From Trypanosoma brucei (taxonomy: Eukaryota), in NCBI GenBank assembly GCA_000002445.1, contig CP000071.1:640001-704000 (forward strand): a stretch of DNA of 64,000 nucleotides, in the 5' to 3' direction. The translations under genes and the position numbers were made by a program. Numbering within the stretch: position 1 is the stretch's first letter; each line of letters opens with the position of its first letter. This document shows positions 1 to 13,200 of the stretch, in pieces. The notes beneath the pieces are model-generated. The model saw only the letters and a program-made list of their open reading frames with translations, had not been told where the DNA came from and made no database searches.

Positions 1-2
1 AA

Positions 3-119
3 GAGAGAGAGTTCGAGACGTTAATGTCACATGTGGATTATATGAAGGCGGAGTTTGATGAAGAATATAAAAGGCTTACGAAGGAAAACGCTGCACTTGT
101 AAGTAAGTTGGGTAAGTAG
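3..119 (+). CDS. 3' end of an upstream gene (partial; ...EREFETLMSHVDYMKAEFDEEYKRLTKENAALVSKLGK*); function unknown, heptad-like charged sequence
   Basis: Open frame 3 runs from the window edge to TAG at 117-119; no domain recognised; partial. Confidence 0.3.
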   Translation, partial: EREFETLMSHVDYMKAEFDEEYKRLTKENAALVSKLGK

Positions 120-604
120 TGTAACTGTGCGCTCACCCTTCCCGTTTACTCTTTCGTATATTACTGTTATCGCACCTCTTGAACCAGTGAAATGTGACCG
201 CAACTTGAGGGGGGAGAGAGTAAAGTAGTGAGTAAAAGGAAGAGATCAATTAGATGTGAACAGACTCACGCTGCCCAGCAGCCGCTGCTGGACACGTATT
301 ACTTCAGAGGGTGTAAAAAGTATTTTTATTTTTGTATGTGTAACCCCTTTGGTGTTTACCTTTTTTTTTAAAAAATGCTGCCCTCCTCGGCATTGCACTT
401 CCGTTCGGATGCCACTCTTTTGTCGGTTCCTGTTGTCCAGTAGCCTTTTATCCCCCCCTTTCAGCATCATTTTTTTCTCCCACACGTTGTTATACGGTTG
501 AATTTGTATTACTTCTCGATCACATGGACTCTGAATATGTCTTCCCTTCTCAATAACTTCTCTTTGCATGCCTTTACCCCCAATATCTGTAGTACGTCCC
601 GGCG

Positions 605-1360
605 ATGGCGGCTCTCCACGAGGAAGTGCGGACTCGCTACCACATCGCTGTGTGCACGCGGTTTGTTGAACGAGTTTGCGTAGATACCCCTAGTCCTACA
701 GCGGAGTTTATTTACAAGATGGCTCTTAACGAAAACCTGAAGGATATTACGGATGTATGCACACTTCCTCGTGTGTCTCTTTTGCAGCTTAACTCTCTAC
801 CCTGCTCTTTAGTGTTGCAGGTGAGCAGTTCCAGGGACGTGACTCAGCCGCTGCGGCCCTGTTTGGATGCAAGCGAGGAGGAACCGATCTTGACAGCAGC
901 TTTTCAAAAAAACCTCAAAACACGTCTTCTGCGGCTTGTTCTAAGTGATGGGCACTCTGAGGTACCCGCTGTTGAGTTGTCTACGCTCAGCGTGTTTCGT
1001 TCCATACCAGTTCCCGGGGAAAAGCTACTCGTAAAGGAAGGTGCCGAAATAAAAAATGGTGCTATTATAATGACAGACGATTGTGTTGTGCCCCTCGGTG
1101 GTGGGGTACAACAACTGAAAAAGGAGGTACTCATCCAACAGAGCAGAAGCGACGCGCCACGATTCCAACCCCTGCGGTTTGGTGTTTCCACACCAGCAGG
1201 GGCCCGTGCGGCAGCTGGGCCACTCTCCGATTCTTTCGATAGGGATCGTGGGGGAAATGTTGGGCGTGCGAGGGGAAGAGGATTAGGCTACCGCGGGGGA
1301 AGGGGGTCAGGGTATCGGGGCCAACGACCTCATAACCACCACTATAACCGACCTCAGTAG
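605..1360 (+). CDS. hypothetical protein with C-terminal RGG/RG-rich low-complexity tail (possible RNA-binding)
   Basis: 251-aa ORF; C-terminus GRARGRGLGYRGGRGSGYRGQRP is a typical RGG box; N-terminal globular part not recognised. Confidence 0.45.
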   Translation: MAALHEEVRTRYHIAVCTRFVERVCVDTPSPTAEFIYKMALNENLKDITDVCTLPRVSLLQLNSLPCSLVLQVSSSRDVTQPLRPCLDASEEEPILTAAFQKNLKTRLLRLVLSDGHSEVPAVELSTLSVFRSIPVPGEKLLVKEGAEIKNGAIIMTDDCVVPLGGGVQQLKKEVLIQQSRSDAPRFQPLRFGVSTPAGARAAAGPLSDSFDRDRGGNVGRARGRGLGYRGGRGSGYRGQRPHNHHYNRPQ

Positions 1361-2644
1361 TGATCACCAAACTAATTGAATGCATGATTGCATTTGCGGT
1401 TACCGTGGTGATGCTTGACCTCTATCTGGGAAATGGCGTGTTCGTGAAGGAGACTTTGTCTAGAAACGGATGTGTCGTTCTAAAGAAGGGGAAGGGGGAC
1501 GACCGGCCACATTGCTATGTCTGGGCAGTATCCCCACTGCGGCACTGCGGCAGCCCAGTCCTTGCCATTTTGCATGTTGTTCTTCTCACACATACTTCTG
1601 ACCGTGGCCGAACTGAGGTGGAGGAAGCCACTGGGGCATTTATTGAAGTAGCTGGATTATCCGTTACGTGGTGCTCATCGTCGCTAGATGGAACACAGTA
1701 GCGAAGGTGAAATAATTTGATTCTGAGGGCAAAAGGTTACCCTCGTTACCCTTTGTTTCCGGTTTGGACGTTCTGCGCTTGTTCTCCTCGGTACCCGAAC
1801 TGTAAGAAGCTTTCAAGGGGCTCGCTGCCTTGGAGGAACACAAAACCCGGCAACTAAAGCCTCCCCAGTGTGCGGCGCTTTTGATGGAGAACTGTCAGAT
1901 TATCGATGCGGTCGCTTGACTTCACCATTGTTTGTGGAGGTGTGGGGGTGATGGGCCAATTAAGTCGGTTGGCCGCGCAGCATTACACTACGTTCGCTTA
2001 CAGAAGTGCGACACATACGGGGTGTCGCGCAAGCGTTAGCACATCCATTGAGGTTGTTGGTGTAATGCGTGTATGCTCCTTTCTTGGGTGTATTGCCCCC
2101 AAGTGTTGAGACATGTAGTTTTGTATGACCAAACGCTTACGCATTGGAGGGAGGGGGTGCGACATGTTCTGTGCGATAAGTGGAACGGAGACCGAATAGA
2201 GCCTGGTGCGATGCGTGATCGATGGGATAGTTCTGGTTCTTTCTTTCCCCGATCATACAGTCATCCTGCGGTGGGCAGCAGAGCCAACATGAAGGTTACG
2301 CTCGGACTAGCCCCCTGATGGTATCACCATCTGAACTGTTCCCCAGTCTTTTGGTATGCTTTCCTTTCCTTGCAAGCGCTTTTGCGTTTGCTGCTGTAAC
2401 TGCATACTTTTGTTCGCGTGGGTGATACACACCACATAATTGTTGCCAGCACTCTGTCTTTATCTTCTGTTTGCCCAAGTCGGTGAGCTAAGTGAGGCAA
2501 TTTGTTGCAGGTAAAGTGACAAAAAGGCAAGCAGAAGGGTAGGTGTCTAATAAGGTGAGGTAATTCTAAAATTGGGTTGGGAAGGCTTTATAGGACGAAC
2601 GGGCTAAATAAATACCAACTGAACGGCCGTTTTGTTCCCCCGGA

Positions 2645-3754
2645 ATGAGGGCCGTCATTCTTGTTGGAGGATATGGCACCAGGCTGCGGCCGCTAACCCT
2701 TACCACACCGAAGCCCTTGGTACCATTCTGTAACAAATCCATAACCCTCCGGCAACTGGAAGCACTCCGTGACGTTGGCGTTACACAGGTGGTGTTAGCG
2801 GTGGCTTATCGGTCAGAGGTGATGGCGGAAGTTACCCAGAAATGGGCACGAGAGCTCGGCATTTCCGTCGTATGTTCCCTGGAGGTGGAGCCACTTGGCA
2901 CCGCTGGGCCGCTGGCTCTTGCTCGGGAGTACCTTTTGCAGGACGACAAACCGTTCTTCGTCTTCAACGCCGATGTTATCTGCACTTTTCCGCTTCAGAA
3001 GCTTCTCGATTTCCATCTGAGTCACGGGAGGGAAGGAACCATTGCGGTGACGAAGGTGAAGGATTGGAGAAAATATGGGGTCGTGGTGCACGACGAGGTC
3101 ACGGGTGCAATCAAGCAATTTGTGGAGAAGCCCCCCGAGTTCGTTGGAGACAGGATAAACGCCGGCATATACATATTTAACAAAAGCATCCTTAACCGCA
3201 TCAAGCTAGAGAAGACGTCCATCGAGCGACAAGTGTTTCCAATGATGGCAAGCGATTCACAACTAAGTGCTTTTCACCTTGAGGGGTTTTGGATGGATAT
3301 CGGTGTGCCAAAGGACTACATAGAAGGTATGGGTAAGTATCTTGATTCACTTGCTGGTACGTCGACCGAAGTGGGGTTCAGCTGTGATGAGCGCAGGGTA
3401 TCCGATCGGAGCTACGTGCTCAAGGGCTGTGTGATGATTCACCCCACGGCGAAAATTGGTGAGGGATCCGTTATCGGTCCGCACGTTTCGATCGGACCAG
3501 GTTGCGTCATTGGGCCCTGCTGCCGCATCCAGCGTACCGCCATACTGGATAACAGCACTGTTGGTCGCGGGACTCTAATAGAGTCCAGCATCGTGGGATG
3601 GAATGGAAGGATTGGTTCGTGGTGCAGGATAGTCAACGATACGGTACTTGGTGAGGATGTCCGTGTGGATGATGGAAAGTACCTGAATGGTGTTAAAGTG
3701 CTTCCAAACAAGGAAATTACCCAAAATCACCCCGAACCAGAAGTGGTCATGTAA
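2645..3754 (+). CDS. GDP-mannose pyrophosphorylase (mannose-1-phosphate guanylyltransferase)
   Basis: 369 aa. N-terminal nucleotidyltransferase motif MRAVILVGGYGTRLRPLT..KPLVPF. C-terminal left-handed beta-helix hexapeptide repeats (IGEGSVIGPHVSIGPGCVIGP). Length and motifs typical of eukaryotic GMPP. Confidence 0.9.
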   Translation: MRAVILVGGYGTRLRPLTLTTPKPLVPFCNKSITLRQLEALRDVGVTQVVLAVAYRSEVMAEVTQKWARELGISVVCSLEVEPLGTAGPLALAREYLLQDDKPFFVFNADVICTFPLQKLLDFHLSHGREGTIAVTKVKDWRKYGVVVHDEVTGAIKQFVEKPPEFVGDRINAGIYIFNKSILNRIKLEKTSIERQVFPMMASDSQLSAFHLEGFWMDIGVPKDYIEGMGKYLDSLAGTSTEVGFSCDERRVSDRSYVLKGCVMIHPTAKIGEGSVIGPHVSIGPGCVIGPCCRIQRTAILDNSTVGRGTLIESSIVGWNGRIGSWCRIVNDTVLGEDVRVDDGKYLNGVKVLPNKEITQNHPEPEVVM

Positions 3755-4202
3755 GGGCAGTGCGTGGAAAGTGGTACTTGCCTTTTCGAAAAGCTCCCTG
3801 AAGGCAAAGTTGTCTCTGGATTAACACAAAAGACGACGCCGAAAATATTTACGTCTACTGCGCATCTTCTACATAGACTGTCACCCAATATTTTGGCTTT
3901 CCGTGAGAAGTGCTACCTGAGACGACCCCCGCTGATCGTTTGGAAGCGGTTTCGGCTTTTACCCCTCCATTTCATAACATCCATTTCGTTGTCGGGGGTT
4001 TTATCTTCCATCTTCTTCTTGTCCTCCCGAGCAATCCTTATTTCGGCCGTGAAAGAACGCTCTTCCAAAAAGAGAGGGTCTTCATGGAACGTTTCAGAAC
4101 TCTGGCTCGCCTAACACAAGTTTCTCCGTTAAATATTTACTTTCTATCTGTGCTGTTTAGTAGGTACCACCAACTATTATTTCGTCAAGTGCAGACGGAA
4201 GC

Positions 4203-7200
4203 GTGGGTGGTGGCGAAGGTGCCACCCCGCTTCTCTATCAGCTTCATGAGGTGTTGCAGGAAAAACAAGCAGACCGCCGTCTTCAGCTTCTTTGCTTGTT
4301 TCTGGAACATTTCCTGGCTGAGTGCCCAAATGCCGGCGCCGCGCCATTCAAAAAATACTTTGGCACAGGAGCCACGCTTATCGAGTCGCTTGTTTGTTTG
4401 GTTACGTCGCTTATCGAGTCTGTTCTCTTCGGCGCACATGTGCGTGAGGGTGTCACCATGCTGGCGGAGAGTCCTGGTTTCGCAAAGGCCCTTTCTACAC
4501 TGACACTCCTAGGAACGGAAAGTTTCTACAGCACAACTTTGGAATGGAGAAAGCGCGTTACGGATATTATTCACATGACCTCCGATGAACAACTTCCAGC
4601 ACTACTTATGAGGGTATACGATGTACTCTTGCAAGTGTTGCTTGATGACGGAAGGAAGCAGCCGAACTACCTGGAGCTTGCTTCAACAGCTGTTGCTGTA
4701 ATGTGCTTCGTTCATCGGCTGTTCCTACACTACAGGGAAGAACGGCTGTTGTTGGATGAGTATCGCCGCTGGGTATTTCTCCGCGCAGTTGTTCGTACTT
4801 TTGAGTTCACGCTTTCTAATCACTTCGAAGGAAGTGCAGCACTATCAGATGCATCTCGGGGGGTTATTGCTTTGATGTTTTTACCAGATGCAGATTTGAG
4901 CAGACTTTCAGTGGGCGAAGCTGAGTTCAGCGCGGAGGACGCATCTTTTCAACGGGCGCTTCATTTGGCCCATTCGTTTATGCCCTCTGCGAAAGATTTA
5001 GGTGCGTTTTTGGAATGTTTGGTGTGTTGTATCGAAAGTTTGCTAAGCGTTCGTAGTGTCTTGGGCCACCCGGAAGTGGAAACTACAGACTTCGGGGTTG
5101 TGTTTTCAGTTCTTTTCCCTCTTCAAAGTGCTATGGCTCAGCGCTATGAACACGCAGAGAGGCTGTTTCGGTCTATTTGTTCAATAGCTTCCGCGATACG
5201 CGGGCCGCCTTCGGCCACAACATCGTCGGGAACTGCGAAAGGTGTGGCTAATTTCTTCTCTGCAGTCTTCACACCGTCACAGGTTAACACGATACAGCGG
5301 TTTGTAAGCTCCGTTGGTGCATCTGGATCACCGAAGCGTAGTCCTATCACATGTCGCGAGGCTGTGGAATGCGTAACGAGCTTTTTCGTTTGCGCAACCG
5401 AAGAAATGGCTATAGAGGCATGTGCTCGCCCTCTGTTTGACTTGGTTTGTCTTGATGATGTGGAGGAGGAGCTGGTCCGCTTTGTGCTCTATTCATGCAC
5501 CGAAAATCTCCTATTACTCAAACCGTGTCAACTACAACGTGTAACGCAGTTGCTGCTCACCGCCGTAAAGCGCGGCATTGCCATCTCAGAGACCGTTTCC
5601 TCGGTTGCAGCAGTGCTAAGGAAGGAATCCAAAGCGGTGGTTGAGGTGAAGATTTTTGTGCTAGAGTTTCTTAGCTTTTATTCAACGGCAGTAAGTCATG
5701 CATCTGAGGTAGAAACACTGCATAGCGTCTTCAAGTGGACGCTTGAGGAGGTGACATCGATAAGCGACTGGGTCCAACCGCAGGCAGTTTCATATCTGGC
5801 AGCGGTGACGCAATTCGTGAGATCGGCACTCGCATCCGCACCGTTGGTAGCACTACTGGCAAGGCTTGAATGGCCCCACGAGGTGCTGCTTCTGCTGTTG
5901 CGTGCTCATGGTGATGGTGTAAGGGAAGTAGCAGTCACATTTCGGAATCTCTTTTGTTCAATGGTATTCAACGAGGGGCAGTTTGTGGATGTTCTTATTA
6001 GCGAATTGAGGGCAATGGGCGGCCAGAGCCCCTGGCCTTCACAAATTTCCATCCTGTTGTGTGTATTCGTGTACCTGCTGCAGGATAAACGGGGTGCATG
6101 GGCTGCGATAAGAAGTAACGACATCTACGTGTGCCTTTACCTGCTTCACTACCTGGACCAAAGTACCTGCATTGAGGAGGATGCGCATCTTATTGGAACA
6201 TCGTTGGCATTGTTGTTGTCGCACCTGCGGTGGAGTGAAGCTGGAGGAATTGTCGCACACTATGTTGATGCTGTCAGAACCCCTTGGATGGTCCAACTTC
6301 TGGTTGATCTTGCCACAGGGTTTTACACCACCACAAAAAACTTGATTGCTGCCGATGCTATGCGTGTAGAAACTGTAAAAACGATGACGCCGGGCAGTCG
6401 ACTGTGCTGTGAAGTAGTGGGGGGGTTTTCCATACCTTTGTCCTGCCGCTTCGAGCACACCTTTCCTTTTGGTGTGCTTCTTCGTTGGATAGTGGAACCA
6501 GGAAATCAATCCGGCGATTGGCAGAAAAACTTGATGGAGCTCCTATCTGGCATGCTCCACCGCCGCTGCCTACCTCTCGTTGACGACGCGTTCACCTCTA
6601 CGGTGGTGAAACAAAAACTTTATGAGCTGCTTCCATACGTGGCCGATGTTTCGAGAAGGGATGTGCTCGCATTGCTTTCGTCTTCGAAGGAGTATCTAAC
6701 ACTTGAAGATGTCTCGAACGCTCAAGCCATCTGGGAGAGACTAGCATACGGTAGAATCGGGGAAGGTTTGCAGCATGAATTCCACGATTATATCACATGG
6801 TACGGAAACGGCGCATTGCATGGGGTGCTGCGGGGTGTGCAAAAGGGTTGTTCTCTCAACGACCGCTTCACGACGGCTGTGTGGGTGTATTGGGAATCAT
6901 GCATAGGGACGGATACGGGTTCGATGATTCAGCTTTGGGAGTTGCTCTGGCCGGGCGCTGAGGGCTCTACGAAAGTGTCATTGTCGGTTGACACGATGCA
7001 AAGAAAGGTCATTTTTGCAGTTTCCCCGGCGGACGAAGCGCAACAAGTTGTCACCCTTCCCTTCATTCCGCCAGGCCAGTGGATGCACGTAGTAGTGAGC
7101 TTTTTATGCAACCGATTATTTTCCTCCACTGTGACGGCGTTCTACGATGGAGTTCGCACCCTTCAGACCGATATAACCGTACCTGGGTCCCACACATTCC

Positions 7201-10200
7201 TTCCGTACCCTGGAGGCCCCTCATTTATGGCAAGGATTCTCTCTGAAAGCACCTATGATTTCACTTGCACCGTGGGGTTTTCACACGAAGGGAGCTCTGA
7301 GGGCTGCATGCAGCGTTTTGTGTCGTTTCAGCTGTTTAATGCAGCTTTATCACAATTGGAAGTAATGTCGCTTTTTTGTGTGGACCCGTATTCGCTCACA
7401 GGTCTGAGGGCTGCGAAGAGGTGCCCGCTGGAGTTGCCGCTGCTGAGACCAGAGGCGCTGCGGTACTTAGTTGCTAGCGCTGCCCATGGGGAGCTTCAAG
7501 AACTTACTAGCTCAAGAGCGCTTAATTTCGCTCCGTTTCCTGCAGAATTCCTGATATTATCATTACATGTGCAGAACGCGGAGTTGGTCGAGTGCTCCCA
7601 GTTACAGTCCCTCCACAATAAGAGGTGGGTGGTCCCTGACTCTGCGGGGAGAAATGGAGTGACGAACTTTTTATTACACGGCTCACACAGCGAGCCCGTG
7701 GCTACGGGTGGAAACATAACCAAGGTGCTTATCTCACATAACGTCCCCTGCGAGTGGCTGCGCTGGCTTTGTGTAATCTCCTGTGCATACGATGAGGTTA
7801 CAATGCCTAACACAAAAAACGTGCTTGATAGTGCTGACGCGAAGATGGCTGTTCTGCAGAGAATAGCAGCAACGACACTGAGAATAATTGCCACGTATTA
7901 TTGGAAGGCGGAGGAGGTAAGTGACGGCAATGTGGCAATATTCATCAATTATGTAACTCTGCAAGTGAAGCAACGGCCACAGGTTTATCTGGCTACTACG
8001 GACGGGGTGGACGCAGTTTTTGGTCTTGGTGCAGCGAAGGAATCCACAGGTGAGCACTGCGTCGTGTATAACACAGTACCGGTTGAGGACGTCTTTTTTA
8101 ACTGGAAAGTTACTTCGTTTCTCCCGGAGCAGTGTCAACAACGTATTTTGTTTCATCTTACTGCACTCCTACAAAAGAGCAACCCGTTTAGGGCGGTAAA
8201 TGCCTTACGTTTGCAACATTCCAGTTTTTTTGACGGTTTCATATGCGGACTTGTGAGGGAGTATGTATGGCCCCCGGTACTAGAATCCGCTGTTGCTGTC
8301 ATTGCGCTGTACATTGAGTGCATCGCAGGCGATGCTGTTGCGCTCCGGGAGGTTCTCAACTTATGTGCGTCTATAGTTCCCGTGGAGCGTGATGTGCTAA
8401 CCGTTGCCAAGCGCCTTGTGTCCAAGATACCACTGGTAGCATTCGAGTGCATAGTTGTTGTTGTGCTCAACCACCTGCTGAAAGTGCTCTGTGGCGCTTG
8501 TGTCAGTCTCCACAATGAGGGACTAATGTTTGCTGAGGCCCTGTCGCACGCAATGCCGCAGTGCTGGTTTCACATTTTGACGAGTGAGTGGGCACATCCA
8601 GTTTCCGTAACCATGGCGATGCACCTCTTTACTCTTTGTTACAAACGGAGTGAAACGTTTAGAAGACGCTTCGGAGACGTCATCCCTTTATTGTACGAAA
8701 ACTTGCGTCACCACGCACACCAGAGTGACCTGTTGATTGTCCTAATCAGTGGCTTCTGGGGGAGCGACTGGGACCAACAGAAACCTCCATATGCTTTGCT
8801 AAACCAATTGTATACCACTTCTGAAGGGACAGTGCCGTCCTTCTTGCAACTTGCTATGCATCTGCTTGGTAGGAGTGCTTCGTTGTTGCTGCGACCTGAC
8901 GCGGCGGTGAATTACCCTCACATCACATGCGCTTCATTCTACGCTGCGATGGGCGCAGCTGCCACCGCTGAACATTGTAGGGCACGGTCACAACTAAGGT
9001 GCTACATCTCTGTGGTTGTGTTCTGCGCACGGCTGCGTCGGGGACAGAAGATACCCGACGACGGCGCGAATAGAATTTCGTTCACAAAGAGGGAATCGGC
9101 TGATCACGGGGAGATGAGGCGGACTGTAGTTGCCATTTTGCAGTGGGTTGCGCGCAGATACCCGAGCGACCGCCGCGTCTCGAAGGCTATGTACGTTTCA
9201 CAAAAATCATACAACCCAATGGATATGGCGCTGCTTTGTCTGTTTCCCGCATTGCCTATGGACAAGGATGTGGGGAGCGTTGGGAATATGCCGTTGCCTC
9301 TTCTTGACGTGGTAGAGGGTTTAGGAACCACTGTTGGGCATCGAGATATTTTTGATGGAGGCTACTCTGGCACAGGCGGCTTTGACTTCGATGACTGTGA
9401 CGACGAGAGGGAGGAACTAGTCTGTGATGCGCGGGGCCCTAATACCTCACCGGCTACCGAGGCACGGGACTGTGATTTCGATGCTCTACTGCATCAACCA
9501 GAAAGTGAGCTGTACAATGCTTGTCGTGCGCTATTTGTTGCGCACATCAAGCGATACGCACGTAGTGCCAAATGTCAGCCCTTCGTGACGGGTAGGAAGT
9601 CGGTGCGTTCTCCGCCAAAACTCGTGCTCGCGCTGCAACGGGCGCTTGCTCTCTGCCCAAGCGGCATAGGACTCAGGGCAAGATATATGTTCTGTGTGGC
9701 GGTTTGTTGTTTTTGTCTTAAGGCTCTAACGGATATGCTTCGTGAGGAGCAACCTGGTGAGACCGGCCAGTGCGTCCTTGACAACATGGTAGCCACGGGG
9801 AAGTACCTTGCTGATCGGTTGGTAAGCGGGGCCGCTACCCCCACAATGGCGGTGACGAAGTTTTTGCAGCACTTACTCAAGTTACATCTTAACACCGAGC
9901 AAGTCAAAGATTTGTGTGAATCTCTTTCTGAGTGCTTACTTCTTTTAATGGACTCAGTAAGCTGCGGGAGAGATGCTCGGTCCGCAGCATCGGTGATTGA
10001 TTCTCTGCACGACGAGCACATTGGTGTCTTCGGCTACCGGATTCCGTCTGAAGAGCTTCTTCGGTTGACCACGCATAGGTTGTTAGATATTTCAGAGGTG
10101 TTATTAGCCTCAGACGTGGACAGGCATTCCGTTAATATGGAAAAGTTGGTTGGTTTGTGGCGCACATTTTTGGTTGCCAACAGGGAGGTCCCCTTCTTTC

Positions 10201-13200
10201 GCTTGGTTTGGAATACGGAGGAGAAAGCTGCACGCGTTTTCTACATGCTCACGGAATCCACTGATGGAGGAGTGGGGGATTTGGTTGCATGGGTAATGGC
10301 AGATCATAGTAATTTCAAGCAAAGCTTATGCAAAGACGAATGGACTCAGATGACGTTGAGAAAAACATTTCTCCAGAAGAGGGACCGCCGCTGGGCGGCG
10401 TGTGCGGTGGAGCAGAGGGACCGTGAGTGTGCAGACCTGATGAGCTCTTGCAAAGTGAAGTGCAATGCGATGAACGAAGAGTGGTCGAAACTTACTGATA
10501 CCTCAACTTTTGTGGACACAACGTTGTTGGCACGCAGAATTGAGTGCTGCGATGTACTGCACCGACATTTACAAGTTCAGCTACTCCCCAACTATGGGAT
10601 GGAAGAAAAACCGGGCACTTTGCACCTTCACCCCAGTGGCGCCGTGGGGTATCCTTGTGGCGTGCCTTTTGATTTACTCCACAATTTGACAAATGCACAC
10701 ATACGCTATCCATCGCTTAGGTGTCGTCTTGCCGCAAGTACTGCAAGTGACGATGGCTCCGTCAGTTCCCATTCGCGGGCGAGTGTGCCCGCGGCTCTTC
10801 TTCGTATTGTTGGTTCCCACTTCACCAACCCTGTCCTTTTTGTCGGTAATGTGTATTATCTTCATGGTGATGAGTGCTCAATTAGCGTAATGTCTGTGAC
10901 TCCAAGGGAGGTTGTGATCGTTGGTGATAGCCAGTTTTCGGCGAGCGGTGATTTCTCCATCGGGGTTCTTAATCCCCGGGACGCATGGGGGACTTTATCA
11001 CTGGACAATGGCTCGCCTTCCTGCGATAACCGCAACTTTCTCCCGTGGCTATCAGAAAGGGGTAACACAGAAAAACTGGAAATTGCCCGCCATTCCTGCT
11101 GCTTCCGAACGATATGCGTTGAGTCGCGTGTGCCAAACTCTCCGTCGTTCACATGGCGCTTCTCCACAGGCAGTATACTGAAAGTGCACCAGCGCTTTTT
11201 TCAGCACCGTCCCGTTGCTTTGGAGTTTCAACTGGAAAACGGTGACAGGTGTTTCATCGCGGCTCTTGATGAAAGACTTTGCTTTTCGAGGGCAAAACAG
11301 GAGGAAATCATGTCTGCAGTGTCGCGTGTAGCCCCACAAGCGGATATGGAGACGTATTCCCAAAAGGAGTCTCGGATGTCTGAACTTGGAGAACGATGGA
11401 AGCAGCGCAGAATCAGCAACCGCATGTATTTGCTCCAGCTCAACGACATTGCTGGGAGAACGGTGGCTGACATGGGTCAGTACCCTGTGATGCCGTGGGT
11501 TCTTAGCGACTATGAAAGTTCTACGATCGATTTAAGGGACCCAGGTGTTTATAGGGACTTGGCAAAGCCGATCGGTGCTCTGAATGAGGCGAAGGAGAGG
11601 CAATTACGCGATCGGTACGAGCAATGGTTTGATAAGTCTCAACCCCCATTCCATCACGGAACTCACTACAGCAGCAGTGCAGTGGTAATGTATTATTTAA
11701 TTCGCCTTCAGCCCTTCACGCAGCGCTCTGTTAGGTACCAGGGGGGCCGACTTGACATTGCTGGACGCATTTTTCATAGTGTTTCTGAGGCATGGAACAG
11801 CTGTGGTGGAGTCGGTGATGTGAAGGAGCTTGTCCCTGAATTTTTTTGTCTTCCAGAGATGTTCATGAACAAGAGTAGGATCGACCTTGGCGTGCGCCTT
11901 GACGGTGTGCAGTTGGGGGATGTCGTACTACCTGAATGGTGTGGCGGTGACGTGGAGCGGTTTGTTCATCTGCATGCAGAGGCCTTGGAGAGTGACGTCG
12001 TCAGTGGCAAGCTGCACGAGTGGGTTGACCTCGTATTTGGAAACAAACAGCGCGGAAGGGGAGCAGTGGATGCTATCAACGTCTTTCTGCACCTTTCGTA
12101 TGGTCAAGCCGTTGGAAGAGCCATCGCCGAAGCCTCCAGTGAGGAGGATTGCAAAGCGATTGTGGCAACAGCGGCGAACTTCGGGCAGACACCTCGGCAA
12201 CTTTTCAACCGTGCCCATGCTCGCAGGTTCGACAACCGATACGGGCCAACCCCCCAACAAGCCTTCATAAACGAAGCGGGGAAACTCTTCGTCAGGTGGA
12301 GGTCAGTGTGTTATCCATGGGGTAACAAGCGTTGCTGCACGCCTATAACGTCGTTGCGCATCGTGGACTCTAGTGCTATCGCGTCCACTCGGTTCAGCCT
12401 CATACTTCCAACGACGCCGATGCAGGTTTGCCACTACAGTAATGTCACTAGGGAGCTATCTTGCCATGAATACGGCAAGCCGACGCTTCTATGCGTTCTC
12501 CCTAATGTCTGGCATCAAGGATATGGGGAACTTACAACGATGTGTACTTCATCACTCGGGGGGATCATATGCATAGGGACCACCAATGGAAAGGTGGTTA
12601 TCTGCAGCCGTGTGACATCAACGGCTCCATTTACTATTATGTCGATTCTCAATGCATGCAGAAACGACGATAGCGCGCCTGTGAAACTCTTGAAGATGTG
12701 GAACAGTGGTCACCTTTCTGTTGTATGTGAAGATGGTCCTCGGGGGTCGCTTTGGCACGTTGCGCACTCTGGGGTAATGTTCTGCTTCAAATTTGATATC
12801 AGTGATGTTGTGGACGAGTCCTCTACTATCCGTGACATTACTCGGGACGAGCAAAGCAACTGTTACTTTATTGCTACTCACAATCATATTGTGCAGTTGT
12901 CAAGCACCGGCAGAGTTCTTGGTGTGGCAAGCGTTTCCAAAGCCAGCACGGCCACAACCGCAAGGAAGGGAACAACGGCACCTCCCGCGAACAACGACGC
13001 AGCGGCTGATGGCCCCAAACAGCATTTTTGCGCAGCAGAATACATTAACTTTGAAAGTTATAGTAAAACCAACATCTTGCTTGCAGGACACGAGGATGGA
13101 ACCATTTCTTTTTGGACAGTACGGCCATTGTTAGGATTCGATCAAAATACGTTTGCTACAGAAATCAAAATGTTCCATTCGTTCACAGTGGATGGTGACA

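Noticed and set aside
1360-1701. 113-aa ORF directly after the RGG protein stop
   Set aside because: No domain; it sits in an intergenic region, and its start overlaps the previous stop codon.
3910-4503. 197-aa + strand ORF overlapping the start of the BEACH gene in another frame
   Set aside because: It overlaps the 9.1-kb BEACH ORF, whose frame continues uninterrupted; low-complexity translation.
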